64,000 nt of DNA from Desulfomonilia bacterium (GCA_963664325.2 CAXXDQ010000004.1:64001-128000); one strand, 5' to 3'. Shown: positions 51,208-60,424, counted from the stretch's first letter. Notes: generated by a model from the sequence alone, not told the origin. Program-made: numbers and translations.

Positions 51208-51834
51208 ATGCTTAATAATCCCCAGGCGACAGAACAGGCTTTGAGCATTTTAAGGAGCGGCCAGCCTTTTCAATGGTATGTGATAACGCTTCTTGCACTG
51301 GTGTTTTATGTCTATTTTAACGAAATTCAGAATAAGCACTGGAAGAGTATCGCTGCCGGGTTGTCGCTTTACATGGTTCACTGGTTTGTAGAAATTGTTA
51401 ATGCCCTCATCCAGCATTTTTCCGGGCACGCATTGTGGACGGTCCCGACAGGCACCGCCTTTCTTCTGCTTATCGGCGTCGGAGTCGAGTTAAGCCTTAT
51501 GTTTTCAATAGCAGGCCTCATATTCAGCAAGATACTTCCCGAAGACCCGAAGGCAAAAATACTGGGGATCAACAACAGGCTTTTCATAGCCCTGTTCAAT
51601 GCCGCATTTTTTTCGATATTCGAGATATTCCTTGTCAAGACGCCCTGCTTTGTATGGGTATATCCCTGGTGGGGTTCATTGACCGTCTTCATCTCGGTCT
51701 ATATTCCGTTCTGGGTAGTGGCCATGTACTGCTATGACTGGCAGCCGAAAACACAGATCAAAGTAATCGGCGGCATGTTTGCCGTAAATGCAGCCATGCT
51801 TATTGTTTTTGCAGGCATACTGAAATGGATTTAG
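51208..51834 (+). CDS. Hypothetical multi-pass membrane protein
   Basis: GGAGG RBS, 6-7 hydrophobic segments; no family recognised. Confidence 0.75.
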   Translation: MLNNPQATEQALSILRSGQPFQWYVITLLALVFYVYFNEIQNKHWKSIAAGLSLYMVHWFVEIVNALIQHFSGHALWTVPTGTAFLLLIGVGVELSLMFSIAGLIFSKILPEDPKAKILGINNRLFIALFNAAFFSIFEIFLVKTPCFVWVYPWWGSLTVFISVYIPFWVVAMYCYDWQPKTQIKVIGGMFAVNAAMLIVFAGILKWI

Positions 51835-51837
51835 ATT

Positions 51838-52437
51838 TTGGCTGAACAGGGCATAATACCTGATATAACCGCGGGGGTCCTGATCGGGGGAAAATCCCGC
51901 CGTTTCGGCCGTGACAAAGTTGTCGAGCCGCTTGGCGGTGTCATGCTGGTGGAAAGGGTTGTTTCCGTACTGAAACCTCTGTTTCAGGAAATAATCCTTA
52001 TCGGCCATCAAAGGCAGAAAATCGCAGGTTATAAAACCGTGCCTGACATCATACCAGACTGCGGACCCCTCGGCGGCATATATACTGCCCTTGAAACTTC
52101 AAAGAATCCCTACTGCTTCATATTCGCAGCTGACATGCCCAACCTTAACACGGGACTTATCCGGTATATGGCCGGTCTTAAAGAAAAGGCGGACATCGTA
52201 ATACCCAAAGTACCCAAGGGCATTGAACCCCTTCATGCTGTTTATTCCAGAACAGCAATCCCGGTTATAAAAGACATGCTGGCAAAAAGGAGTTTGAAGA
52301 TTTTAAACCTTATCGAAAAGATGAAAATCGAATATGTAGAGTATCAATCAATTAAATATTTCGGGGACCCTTTAAGGATTTTTTCAAACATTAATTCATT
52401 ATCAGATATCGATACTGTCTTCAGAAGGGAAAAATAA
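51838..52437 (+). CDS. mobA: Molybdenum cofactor guanylyltransferase
   Basis: LIGGKSRRFGRDK, GPLGGI, ADMP, EPLHAVY, NIN. Confidence 0.92.
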   Translation: MAEQGIIPDITAGVLIGGKSRRFGRDKVVEPLGGVMLVERVVSVLKPLFQEIILIGHQRQKIAGYKTVPDIIPDCGPLGGIYTALETSKNPYCFIFAADMPNLNTGLIRYMAGLKEKADIVIPKVPKGIEPLHAVYSRTAIPVIKDMLAKRSLKILNLIEKMKIEYVEYQSIKYFGDPLRIFSNINSLSDIDTVFRREK

Positions 52438-52459
52438 AACTCAAATTTGGAGGCAAACA

Positions 52460-53920
52460 GTGAAATCAATCAACGGGCTTGAACCGGAGCTGCTCTGGAA
52501 GGAATTTGCTGAGCTTTCAGCAATCCCCAGGAATTCCAAAAACGAGGCCGGATCAAGGGATTTCGTTATATCGAAAGCAGAAAAATACGGGCTTGACTAT
52601 AAAACCGACAGGGCGGGGAATCTGGTTGTTTATAAACCCGCCAGGGACAGCGCAACAAATAAAGCGGTAATCCTCCAGGCCCATCTGGACATGGTATGCG
52701 AGAAAAACAAAGACAAGGTGCATGACTTCAAGAAAGATCCCATCAGACTGGTCCGTGACGGAGATTGGATTAAAGCCAGTGGAACAACGCTCGGGGCCGA
52801 CAACGGTATCGCCTGCGCCGCAATGCTTGCCATCATGGAGGATCCGTCCCTGGTGCATCCCGGCCTTGAACTTTTCTTTACGGTTGATGAAGAGACGGGA
52901 CTTGCAGGTGCGGTCAGAATGGACCCGGCGCTTATCAAGGGCAGGACTCTCATCAACCTCGATTCAGAGGAAGACGGCATCATGTATATCGGATGCGCAG
53001 GGGGAAAGGAAACAGACCTGAGGTTTAATATCAGAAGAAGCAGGCCCCCTCAAGGGCATAAGGCCGTTGCCGTAGGGGTTACTGGACTGAAAGGCGGCCA
53101 TTCCGGAACAGACATTCATGAGGGCAGGGGCAATGCGATTAAGATCCTTGCAGGTCTCCTCGTATCTGCCGGCGTTGATTTCAGGCTGTCAACGATTTCA
53201 GGCGGCAACCTGCACAATTCGATACCCAGGGAAGCCGAAGCTGTCGTCACGGCTAATCCTTCCGGGCTTGACAGACTCAAGGTCCATTCAGAAGCGGTTC
53301 TGGGCAGATTGAAAAAACTGCTTAAAGGGGTGGACGAAGGCCTTGATATAAAAGTCGAGGATATGGCATCCCTGCCGCAGGATGTAATACCGATAAAGGA
53401 ATCTGCAAGGCTTATGGAAGCCTTGAACGCCATCCCCTCAGGCGTTATCGGGGTCGATATGCAGCATGGCGTGATCGTGACATCAACGAACCTTGGCGTT
53501 CTGAAAACCGGGATTGATTCCGTGGCAATCAAGACCATGCAGCGGAGCATTCATCTGGAAGCAATGACCGGGCTGGCGGGCAGCATCGCATCAATCGGGA
53601 GGCTTGCAGGCGCTGAGGTTATCTACGGGAACGAATATCCCGCCTGGGAACCCGATTTCAATTCCCGTGTGCTCAAGGTCTGCAGGCAATGTTATCTTGA
53701 ATTGTTCGGCAGTGAGCCCCAGGTCAAGGTAATCCATGCGGGTCTCGAATGCGGGGTGATCGCCGATAAGATCCCGGGCATAGAAACCATATCGTTCGGT
53801 CCCACCATCGAGCATGCGCATTCCCCCTTCGAGAGGGTGAGGATAGAAAGCGTCGGAAAGTTCTGGGAGCTTCTTCTGTCAGTAATAGACAAGCTGGCAA
53901 GACAGAAGGCCACACCTTGA
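52460..53920 (+). CDS. pepD: Aminoacyl-histidine dipeptidase (M20C)
   Basis: LQAHLDMVCEK, LGADNG, DEETG, NLDSEE, GGHSG, HAGLECG. Confidence 0.94.
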   Translation: MKSINGLEPELLWKEFAELSAIPRNSKNEAGSRDFVISKAEKYGLDYKTDRAGNLVVYKPARDSATNKAVILQAHLDMVCEKNKDKVHDFKKDPIRLVRDGDWIKASGTTLGADNGIACAAMLAIMEDPSLVHPGLELFFTVDEETGLAGAVRMDPALIKGRTLINLDSEEDGIMYIGCAGGKETDLRFNIRRSRPPQGHKAVAVGVTGLKGGHSGTDIHEGRGNAIKILAGLLVSAGVDFRLSTISGGNLHNSIPREAEAVVTANPSGLDRLKVHSEAVLGRLKKLLKGVDEGLDIKVEDMASLPQDVIPIKESARLMEALNAIPSGVIGVDMQHGVIVTSTNLGVLKTGIDSVAIKTMQRSIHLEAMTGLAGSIASIGRLAGAEVIYGNEYPAWEPDFNSRVLKVCRQCYLELFGSEPQVKVIHAGLECGVIADKIPGIETISFGPTIEHAHSPFERVRIESVGKFWELLLSVIDKLARQKATP

Positions 53921-53970
53921 CCTCAATTAAACAGGCAATATATATTAGGTATTAAGCAGGAGGAGGGTTT

Positions 53971-54915
53971 ATGGGGGTTGATTGCATAATTGCAGCCGGA
54001 GACGGCAGGGCGGCAAAGAAGGTCTTCAAAAAAAACAAGGCCCTGCTGGAGGTCGACGGCAAACCGATCATCAGGCATATTGTCGAGACCCTAAAATCCT
54101 GCAATGAAATAGGACAGATAGTCGTAGTCGGGCCCCAGAAAAAATTTGAAGCGGTAATAGGGGATCTTGGCGTACGTATCATCGAACAGCGCCGGAACCT
54201 TACTGAAAACGGCTGGGAAGCATTCCTGCAGACCATACCCGAGTACCGGGAAACCGGAGTTTTAACAGATGAGATATCGACGAAATACAGGGAAAAGGCG
54301 GTCCTCGGCCTGCCCGGGGACATACCGCTCCTGACTGTCAGGGAATTGAACGAGTTCATAAAAAAATGCGATATGGAGAAATACGACTACTGTGCCGGGG
54401 TGACTTCGGAAACAATACTGAAACAGTTTGAACCCAGGAAAGGCAAACCCGGCATCAAGATGGCGACATTTAATGTGAGGGACGGCAATTTCCGCCAGAA
54501 CAACATGCACATGGCAAAACCCTTCAAGCTGAAATACGGGATAGACCTGGCGCTTAAGATATATGAATACCGGTACCAGAAAGAACTGTTAAATATTGTC
54601 CGCACCATAGGAGAGATAATCAAATTCGGGCCCAAGCATATAGTAAGGTCCTTATGGCTTTATTTCCTGCTCCAGGTATCCACAGGGCTCTCTTCAATTG
54701 GGCTCAAGCCCCTGGCCAGGCTGACCAGCTATCCTGTCACAAGGGCGGAACTTGAAAGCCTCTTTACCGGGATACTCGATGCAAAGGTCAAAATAGTGGA
54801 GACCACCGAGGGCGGGGCAGCACTCGATGTTGACAATGAAAAGGACTTCCTGATCCTATCGATCAGGTACAAGGAGTGGCTGGCTATGTTTATGAACAGA
54901 TATACAGCGCCATAA
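53971..54915 (+). CDS. MobA-like nucleotidyltransferase family protein
   Basis: IIAAG..NKALLEVDGK, GDIPLL, LDVDNEKD. Confidence 0.8.
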   Translation: MGVDCIIAAGDGRAAKKVFKKNKALLEVDGKPIIRHIVETLKSCNEIGQIVVVGPQKKFEAVIGDLGVRIIEQRRNLTENGWEAFLQTIPEYRETGVLTDEISTKYREKAVLGLPGDIPLLTVRELNEFIKKCDMEKYDYCAGVTSETILKQFEPRKGKPGIKMATFNVRDGNFRQNNMHMAKPFKLKYGIDLALKIYEYRYQKELLNIVRTIGEIIKFGPKHIVRSLWLYFLLQVSTGLSSIGLKPLARLTSYPVTRAELESLFTGILDAKVKIVETTEGGAALDVDNEKDFLILSIRYKEWLAMFMNRYTAP

Positions 54916-54952
54916 TTTTGCATACCTTTTTACTTCTTGCGTAAACGGATTC

Positions 54953-55038
54953 AGCTGTTAAGCTATTAAGCTGTTGAGCTGTTAAGAAAAATCTTTTCAG
55001 CCTTTGATTCTGCTTAATAGCTTATTAGCTAATCAGCT
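54953..55038. repeat. Inverted array of 8-bp tandem repeats
   Basis: Left arm AGCTGTTA-AGCTATTA-AGCTGTTG-AGCTGTTA-AG; right arm CT-TAATAGCT-TATTAGCT-AATCAGCT. Confidence 0.8.
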
Positions 55039-55043
55039 TATTG

Positions 55044-55097
55044 GTACGCCTCACTCCTCGATTTCGTCGTTTTGCAGTCTGCTTTGTTATGATGTCA
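55044..55097 (-). mobile_element. Truncated, degenerate copy of the MITE at 59131-59245 (inverted)
   Basis: Reverse complement of 55044-55069 matches 59159-59184 at 25/26 nt; ungapped similarity continues to the TIR position. Confidence 0.75.
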
Positions 55098-55415
55098 TGT
55101 ACAAAATGCATTCCTTCATCCTTCGGATAACTTAGTCAGTAGCGATTTCTTATAAAAATCTGGACTGCGATGGCCTTTTCCATGATTATAGATCTCCGTT
55201 TGCTATCTTCAAAATTGGTCAACCATCGATAACCTCAAGGAATATGGATTTTGATATGCGATGTCTCCAAGTGTAGATTACAATTGAGAACCTCTAATTT
55301 TGTGTCTGGTTTGAAAGCAATTATTTATTGAAAATATTCAATATAGGCAACGTAATGATTTGGCATGGGATTTTCAGTATTAACCTCGGAACACAAAAAG
55401 AATTAGTGATAGGTA

Positions 55416-58220
55416 TTACCCCTTACTCTGTCGAGGGAATAGTGGATACCATTTTTGTTTATTGCTTAATTCCCCTTTTAACCACAATGCTGTGAAAGTA
55501 TATGTTGGTGTATTCCATGGCAATATTAAACATTGCTGTGCATCATTATAACCCAATGCTGATTTTTCAATTCTGCTTTCATCCCAATTATTTTTATAAG
55601 TTCCTGTTTTGTCTCTTTTTGTGTTTTTAAGTAGTTGTTCTCCTACGAGTTTCAACGCTTGTTGAACAAGGTTTTTTTGGTTTTCAGACTCAAATGGGTA
55701 ACATGATGTATTATTAAAAAGTGGTGATGGAAAAGAATTGGCATAGAATAATTCTACAGTTAGCCCTAATGATTTTAGTGAATCTTCTATAAATTGTTTT
55801 TTTTCTTTATTTGCAAAACAGTAACATAAAGCTATTTTTGCTTTTTTTATATTATCAAGCTCATCATATTTTAGTTTAATATCATGGCTTTCTGGTATAA
55901 TTCTCTTTTCTATTGGTAACCCACACATTTCTTGAAAAATTGCTATGGTTTGACTACCAGAATAATAAGCATCATCAATAAATACAATTGGCTTTTTAGG
56001 ATCGAATATTCCACCTAAAAACATATGGATTGTATTGACGTTTAATTTTATTCCATTTTGTTCAAGATCATTTAGATAGTATGTTATATGCGTTGAGCCA
56101 TCTTTAAGATTACCTATATTACATATATTTAAGTCAAGGATATTTTTTCCATATTGAGAAGCTACCTTTAGGAGCATCTTGTTTAAACTTTCACCGATTT
56201 TTTTTCTGTTTAAGATTTCTATCTGTTTTAAAAATATTATAAGCCCTGAAAATAGTTCGTCTAAGCTTCCCTTGGGAATATCTAATGCGACAAATTGTTT
56301 TAAAAATGAAGTTAATTGAGTTATACTATTTATTCCATATCCCAGTGGGCCCTCATAAGGTTTAAATTTATCAATCAAACCTGATAAATCATTCTTTTTA
56401 TCTTTATAAATACTATAATCAGGAATTATCTCATAAGTATCCTTATAATATTCTTTGCTAGTTAATTCATGTTTTAGTTTTATGAGGTCTTCTTCTTTAA
56501 TTTTCACTTTTAAATATGAATCATTTTGTAACAGGATACCGTAATCTCTAATCAGCACTTTCTCTGTTGCTAGATATAATTCATGTTTAAATTTTGAAAC
56601 TCCAGTAATATAATGAAGAATTATGGATGTCTTACGACTGTTATCCCAAGTTTCACCTTGGAATAATTCACTATATGGCAAATATGATCCACTATACTCA
56701 ATTGGAATCTGATAACCAGAACTTAAAGACTGAGGATATGGAACAGGAAGTGTCATTAAGTTTAATGATTTAATATCAACATCTGGATGTATTATTTTAA
56801 TAATTGTTTCTAATTCGATTTTAATTTTTTTAATAAATTCAGTTTGCTTATCAGGGTCAACAGCAGTGAATATGTCTTTTATTAATGTATCAGGGTCATC
56901 TCCAATATTAGCAGTTGATATACAACCTTGAGAAAAGATAGTACAGGCTCGCTTAAGTAATTTTCGATTGACTAGCTGTTTTATTATATCGCAGGCATCA
57001 CTGAAGAATGGTTCTTTAAAATTTGTATTTAATTTTGCATTTTTAGCCCATGAAGTTAAATATTCTTTTGGTAAATTAGAAGTAATATCATGGTCTGATA
57101 TACAAAGAGCATGTTGAAAATTGCTTAGATTCTGAAAGCCGCTTTTTTCAAGAAGTCTAAGGGCATAGCGGAACATCTCTTCCGCAGTTTGTATTTTATG
57201 ATGATAATAAATTTTCTCCTGCATAAAAGATCTAGATATAATTATCTCCTCAACAGATTTTACTGCAGAAAAAGCTATACCCATTAAATATATTTTTTTA
57301 TCGTTTGGTATTTCATCCCATAAAAAGCCATAACTGAAATCAGTTTTTTCTATTAATCTAATTTTTTGAATCACTCGGTATAAATCAACTGCAACAGGAA
57401 CACCTGTACGTATTGAATCTCTTGCAAGGTAATCACATTTATCAGCATCAATAGGACCCGATATTATTCTGGAAAAAGGAAGGGATTCAAATGTTGTTGG
57501 AACACCTATTATAAATGAACATATTAACCCAATAAAATATTGAACATGCAGTTTCGAAAAATTGGGGCCTAACTTTAAGTAAGGCCAAACTAGTTCTAAT
57601 AACTCTTGAAAGGCAGGGGATGTCACAATAAGACAAGATACAATTTCAGAAAATCTTGGTGAAGCACTATGCGTATTTAAGATAAAATATCTCATGAGCT
57701 CTTTAATTTCATTATTTCTTGAAAAATGTGGACTTTCAAAATATTTTTCTGATACATGACTATAAAAAAAATGGCCAGAATCATGTAAAATAGCAGCTAG
57801 CCTACAAAGTTGTTTTAGATAATTTGTTCTCTCTTCTCCTTTTTTCTGATTATCTGAATGATTAATTTCAGATATTATTTTAGCACAGATATCATCTGTT
57901 ACATATAAAACGCCAAGAGAATGTTCAAACCGTGAATATTCAGCACTAGGGAATAATATACTTGCCAAACCGAGATGATTGATTCGACGCAGTCTTTGAA
58001 TAATTGGACTATCAATAATTAAAACTTCTCCGACATTTAATTCAATTGAGCCCCAAACAGCATCATAGATGTCCTTTTTTTGGCTTATTACATTCGGAAA
58101 TTGTTCAATAGATGATCGTATTTCATTGATATAGTCACGTAAACTATCCTCTGCAAATGAATGTATTTCTTCTCTAATTTTTTTAACAGGACTTGAATTA
58201 AAAAAATCAATTATTTTCAT
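55416..58220 (-). CDS. SAMHD1-like HD phosphohydrolase fused to a C-terminal phosphoribosyltransferase-like domain
   Basis: N-term: QRLRRINHLG, SRFEHSLGV, LHDSGH..YSH, DADKCDYLARDS, YYHHK. C-term: SFLKQF, IVFIDDAYYSGSQ (PRPP loop), LGY..NTPTYT..LW..WYPLFPR. AT-rich. Confidence 0.85.
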   Translation of the reverse strand: MKIIDFFNSSPVKKIREEIHSFAEDSLRDYINEIRSSIEQFPNVISQKKDIYDAVWGSIELNVGEVLIIDSPIIQRLRRINHLGLASILFPSAEYSRFEHSLGVLYVTDDICAKIISEINHSDNQKKGEERTNYLKQLCRLAAILHDSGHFFYSHVSEKYFESPHFSRNNEIKELMRYFILNTHSASPRFSEIVSCLIVTSPAFQELLELVWPYLKLGPNFSKLHVQYFIGLICSFIIGVPTTFESLPFSRIISGPIDADKCDYLARDSIRTGVPVAVDLYRVIQKIRLIEKTDFSYGFLWDEIPNDKKIYLMGIAFSAVKSVEEIIISRSFMQEKIYYHHKIQTAEEMFRYALRLLEKSGFQNLSNFQHALCISDHDITSNLPKEYLTSWAKNAKLNTNFKEPFFSDACDIIKQLVNRKLLKRACTIFSQGCISTANIGDDPDTLIKDIFTAVDPDKQTEFIKKIKIELETIIKIIHPDVDIKSLNLMTLPVPYPQSLSSGYQIPIEYSGSYLPYSELFQGETWDNSRKTSIILHYITGVSKFKHELYLATEKVLIRDYGILLQNDSYLKVKIKEEDLIKLKHELTSKEYYKDTYEIIPDYSIYKDKKNDLSGLIDKFKPYEGPLGYGINSITQLTSFLKQFVALDIPKGSLDELFSGLIIFLKQIEILNRKKIGESLNKMLLKVASQYGKNILDLNICNIGNLKDGSTHITYYLNDLEQNGIKLNVNTIHMFLGGIFDPKKPIVFIDDAYYSGSQTIAIFQEMCGLPIEKRIIPESHDIKLKYDELDNIKKAKIALCYCFANKEKKQFIEDSLKSLGLTVELFYANSFPSPLFNNTSCYPFESENQKNLVQQALKLVGEQLLKNTKRDKTGTYKNNWDESRIEKSALGYNDAQQCLILPWNTPTYTFTALWLKGELSNKQKWYPLFPRQSKG

Positions 58221-58242
58221 TAATACATTATATTATCGTAGA

Positions 58243-58653
58243 TTAACATTCAATCGCTGCGCCAATACAAAATTGTTGAGCAGCTGAAATCATAAAATCT
58301 TTGGGAAGACCATTTAGATTTTTACCAAGGATGTTGCTTGCAACACTAGAAGGAGTATTAATAGATGCAATCTCATATCTTGGGTTTTCTAGTATAAAAC
58401 TAATCCTCGTGCCATTATAAAACTCAAAGGCTTTTTTTAGGCGTACAAAATCACCTTCATATGGGGATTCAACAAAGAGAGTCTCAATGTCTACAATTCT
58501 CTCATATATATCAAAATTTTTATAAATAAAATTTTTTAGATTTGTAACACCTTTTTTGAACTTATCATTTGCAAAAGGAATTTTCTTCACGCCCAAATAA
58601 CTAAATGCTGATATAAGACTTTCAACAAACGATAATTCCTCTCTTGTATTCAT
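58243..58653 (-). CDS. Hypothetical 136-aa protein, first gene of the island operon
   Basis: AAGGGG RBS, 22-nt gap to the HD-PRTase gene, same AT-rich composition. Confidence 0.8.
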   Translation of the reverse strand: MNTREELSFVESLISAFSYLGVKKIPFANDKFKKGVTNLKNFIYKNFDIYERIVDIETLFVESPYEGDFVRLKKAFEFYNGTRISFILENPRYEIASINTPSSVASNILGKNLNGLPKDFMISAAQQFCIGAAIEC

Positions 58654-58765
58654 ATTTGCCCCTTACTAAAACACAAAATATAAATTATAAACACAGATGT
58701 AATACATGGGAATAACGACCCTGATACTCTTTTTATAATGTGAATACAATATTACCTCGTATTTA

Positions 58766-58793
58766 ATTATAGTGATTGTTTTGTTATTTTCAA
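58766..58793 (-). promoter_or_regulatory. Sigma-70-type promoter of the island operon
   Basis: Minus strand TTGAAA-N16-TATAAT about 110 nt upstream of the 58653 start; the AT-rich context weakens specificity. Confidence 0.5.
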
Positions 58794-58867
58794 CAAAATT
58801 TTGATATAATTTTGTTTTTTGCGGAAGTTAGGAGAATAATGGGGGACGTGGGGACGTTCATGATAAT

Positions 58868-59065
58868 ATGACTAACCATGTCACCTGCAACAATGAATAC
58901 GTCAGGATACTACATGGATCCTGCAATAGTTATCAAAATTACTTGATGATATCTTCATTTTCAGACAGTTTATAAATCATATATCGCTGCCGCAGATATG
59001 CACTGAAAGCAAACCCAGCAAGAGTATAGGTGATGGCATGATATGGAAACTTGAGCAATGCTCAC
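58868..59065 (+). pseudogene. Decayed Y1 (RAYT/IS200-like) transposase fragment
   Basis: ATGACTAACCATGTC-ACCTG reads MTNHV(H)L with a 1-nt loss; downstream FQTVYKS and CRRYALKANPARV in the expected order, in shifting frames. Confidence 0.55.
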
Positions 59066-59130
59066 CAAAGGTGATGCCCTGTTATGAAATGGTTAGTAAA
59101 AACTCGGTCTCAACAGGTGAAAGCTGTATA

Positions 59131-59245
59131 GGGCGTTATAACAAAACAGGTCAAGGAGCGACGAAATCGAGGAATGAGGCGTACATTGGCGTACGCCGCA
59201 ATGACGAGATGAGGAGTGATGCAGAGATGTGAGGTTATAGCGCCC
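59131..59245. mobile_element. 115-bp miniature inverted-repeat element (MITE)
   Basis: TIRs GGGCGTTATAAC / GTTATAGCGCCC (11/12), TATA on both flanks, internal palindrome GGCGTAC..GTACGCC. Confidence 0.8.
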
Positions 59246-59251
59246 TATATA

Positions 59252-60241
59252 TTACCATTTGGCGTAATGATCCTCCGCCCATCCAGGAATATCTCTTATT
59301 TCAAGGGTCTCCCCGCTTTCAGTCCTTAGCGTTCCTTCAAACGTCCCCATGAACTGTGTGAATTTCGATTTGACCAGCATCGCGTTTACGGCCTCGCCGC
59401 GCTCGGCTTCGGGAGTAAATACCAGGTTCACCCTCCCGTCATATGATGTAATCTTCCAGGGCCTGTACAGGTCGTTTGCGTCAAACTCGAAATTGACGGT
59501 ATCAACCTTTGTCCTGGCGCCTGCCACCCAGAAGGCGTTTTCGGTAAAGCTGGTCTCGTTCACCCCGCAGCAGAGATTGAGACCGAAAGACCGCCCGTCA
59601 GGCAGTGTCGTTGCAGTTGCAGCCCATTCCCAGTATGTGTCGCGGCGCATGAAGCCGGTCGTCCAGTCCATAAGCCCCATGCAGGCAGGTGATGAAATCT
59701 CATATGTCTTTCCCTTGCAGGTTACTTTTCCAGAAACGGGGATCGGGCTCGTTTTCTCCATATAAACCCAGCCCCTGTAGCCGGAACGCGTGCACAGGCG
59801 CAGAGGTTCAGTGGGCTTTGTGAGTTTTACGTCAAGACTTATTTCAGGGGCGCTGGCCATCATCCTGAAAGATGTCAGGGCAATATTAAAACCGCCTGAT
59901 GAAAATGAACTGTCATAGCTCCTGGCCGTTGAGGCAATGCTGCCGCCCATTCCAAGGGGAACGATTTTCTTTGTCTCGGTAAGCGTTTTGGTCTTCCGGT
60001 CATAGACGTACAGAAAACCGTTGGCAAGGTATTTGAGATCGACCACCGCCATGCCCACCATTACATCAGGGCCGATAATACCCGCAAAATGAAACTGGTT
60101 CGCCATGATTTTTTTAAGCAGCCCCGGAACCTTTATGCCCATAGGCGTTCTAAGGTCATAGTCGGAATAATTGACGCTATCAACCGGCTCATCGTAGAAT
60201 CCGAACCTGATTTTGCCTTCGCTTGTTATAAGATTAGACAT
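59252..60241 (-). CDS. DUF2804 family protein
   Basis: DWTTGFMRRDTYWEWA, GLNL, ENAFW, FTQFMGTFEG, C-terminal GWAEDHYAKW. Confidence 0.82.
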   Translation of the reverse strand: MSNLITSEGKIRFGFYDEPVDSVNYSDYDLRTPMGIKVPGLLKKIMANQFHFAGIIGPDVMVGMAVVDLKYLANGFLYVYDRKTKTLTETKKIVPLGMGGSIASTARSYDSSFSSGGFNIALTSFRMMASAPEISLDVKLTKPTEPLRLCTRSGYRGWVYMEKTSPIPVSGKVTCKGKTYEISSPACMGLMDWTTGFMRRDTYWEWAATATTLPDGRSFGLNLCCGVNETSFTENAFWVAGARTKVDTVNFEFDANDLYRPWKITSYDGRVNLVFTPEAERGEAVNAMLVKSKFTQFMGTFEGTLRTESGETLEIRDIPGWAEDHYAKW

Positions 60242-60424
60242 TAGTCCCTCCCCGAACTGAGATATTCATCTATTTATATCACACCTGCCGGGCTGGCAAC
60301 AGTGCTGTTGCTGAAGGTCCGGTTTCATTTATAAATGAATAATGAATTCTTGCCTTGAAAGGGCGTTTATGGGATACTTTCCTTCTGATAAAAACAAAAA
60401 AGAACGAATGTTAAGGAGGGTTGT

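Noticed and set aside
55361-55376. Sigma-54-like TGGCATGGGATTTTCA
   Set aside because: It lacks the -12 GC and points into the 3' end of a convergent gene.
55100-55410. Unexplained ~300 nt between the left MITE copy and the HD-PRTase stop
   Set aside because: The frames I translated gave only short stop-interrupted peptides with no motif I could support. It may be a decayed gene; a translated search is needed.
59038-59232. 64-aa ORF next to the island
   Set aside because: It runs through the transposase debris and the MITE, so it is most likely incidental.
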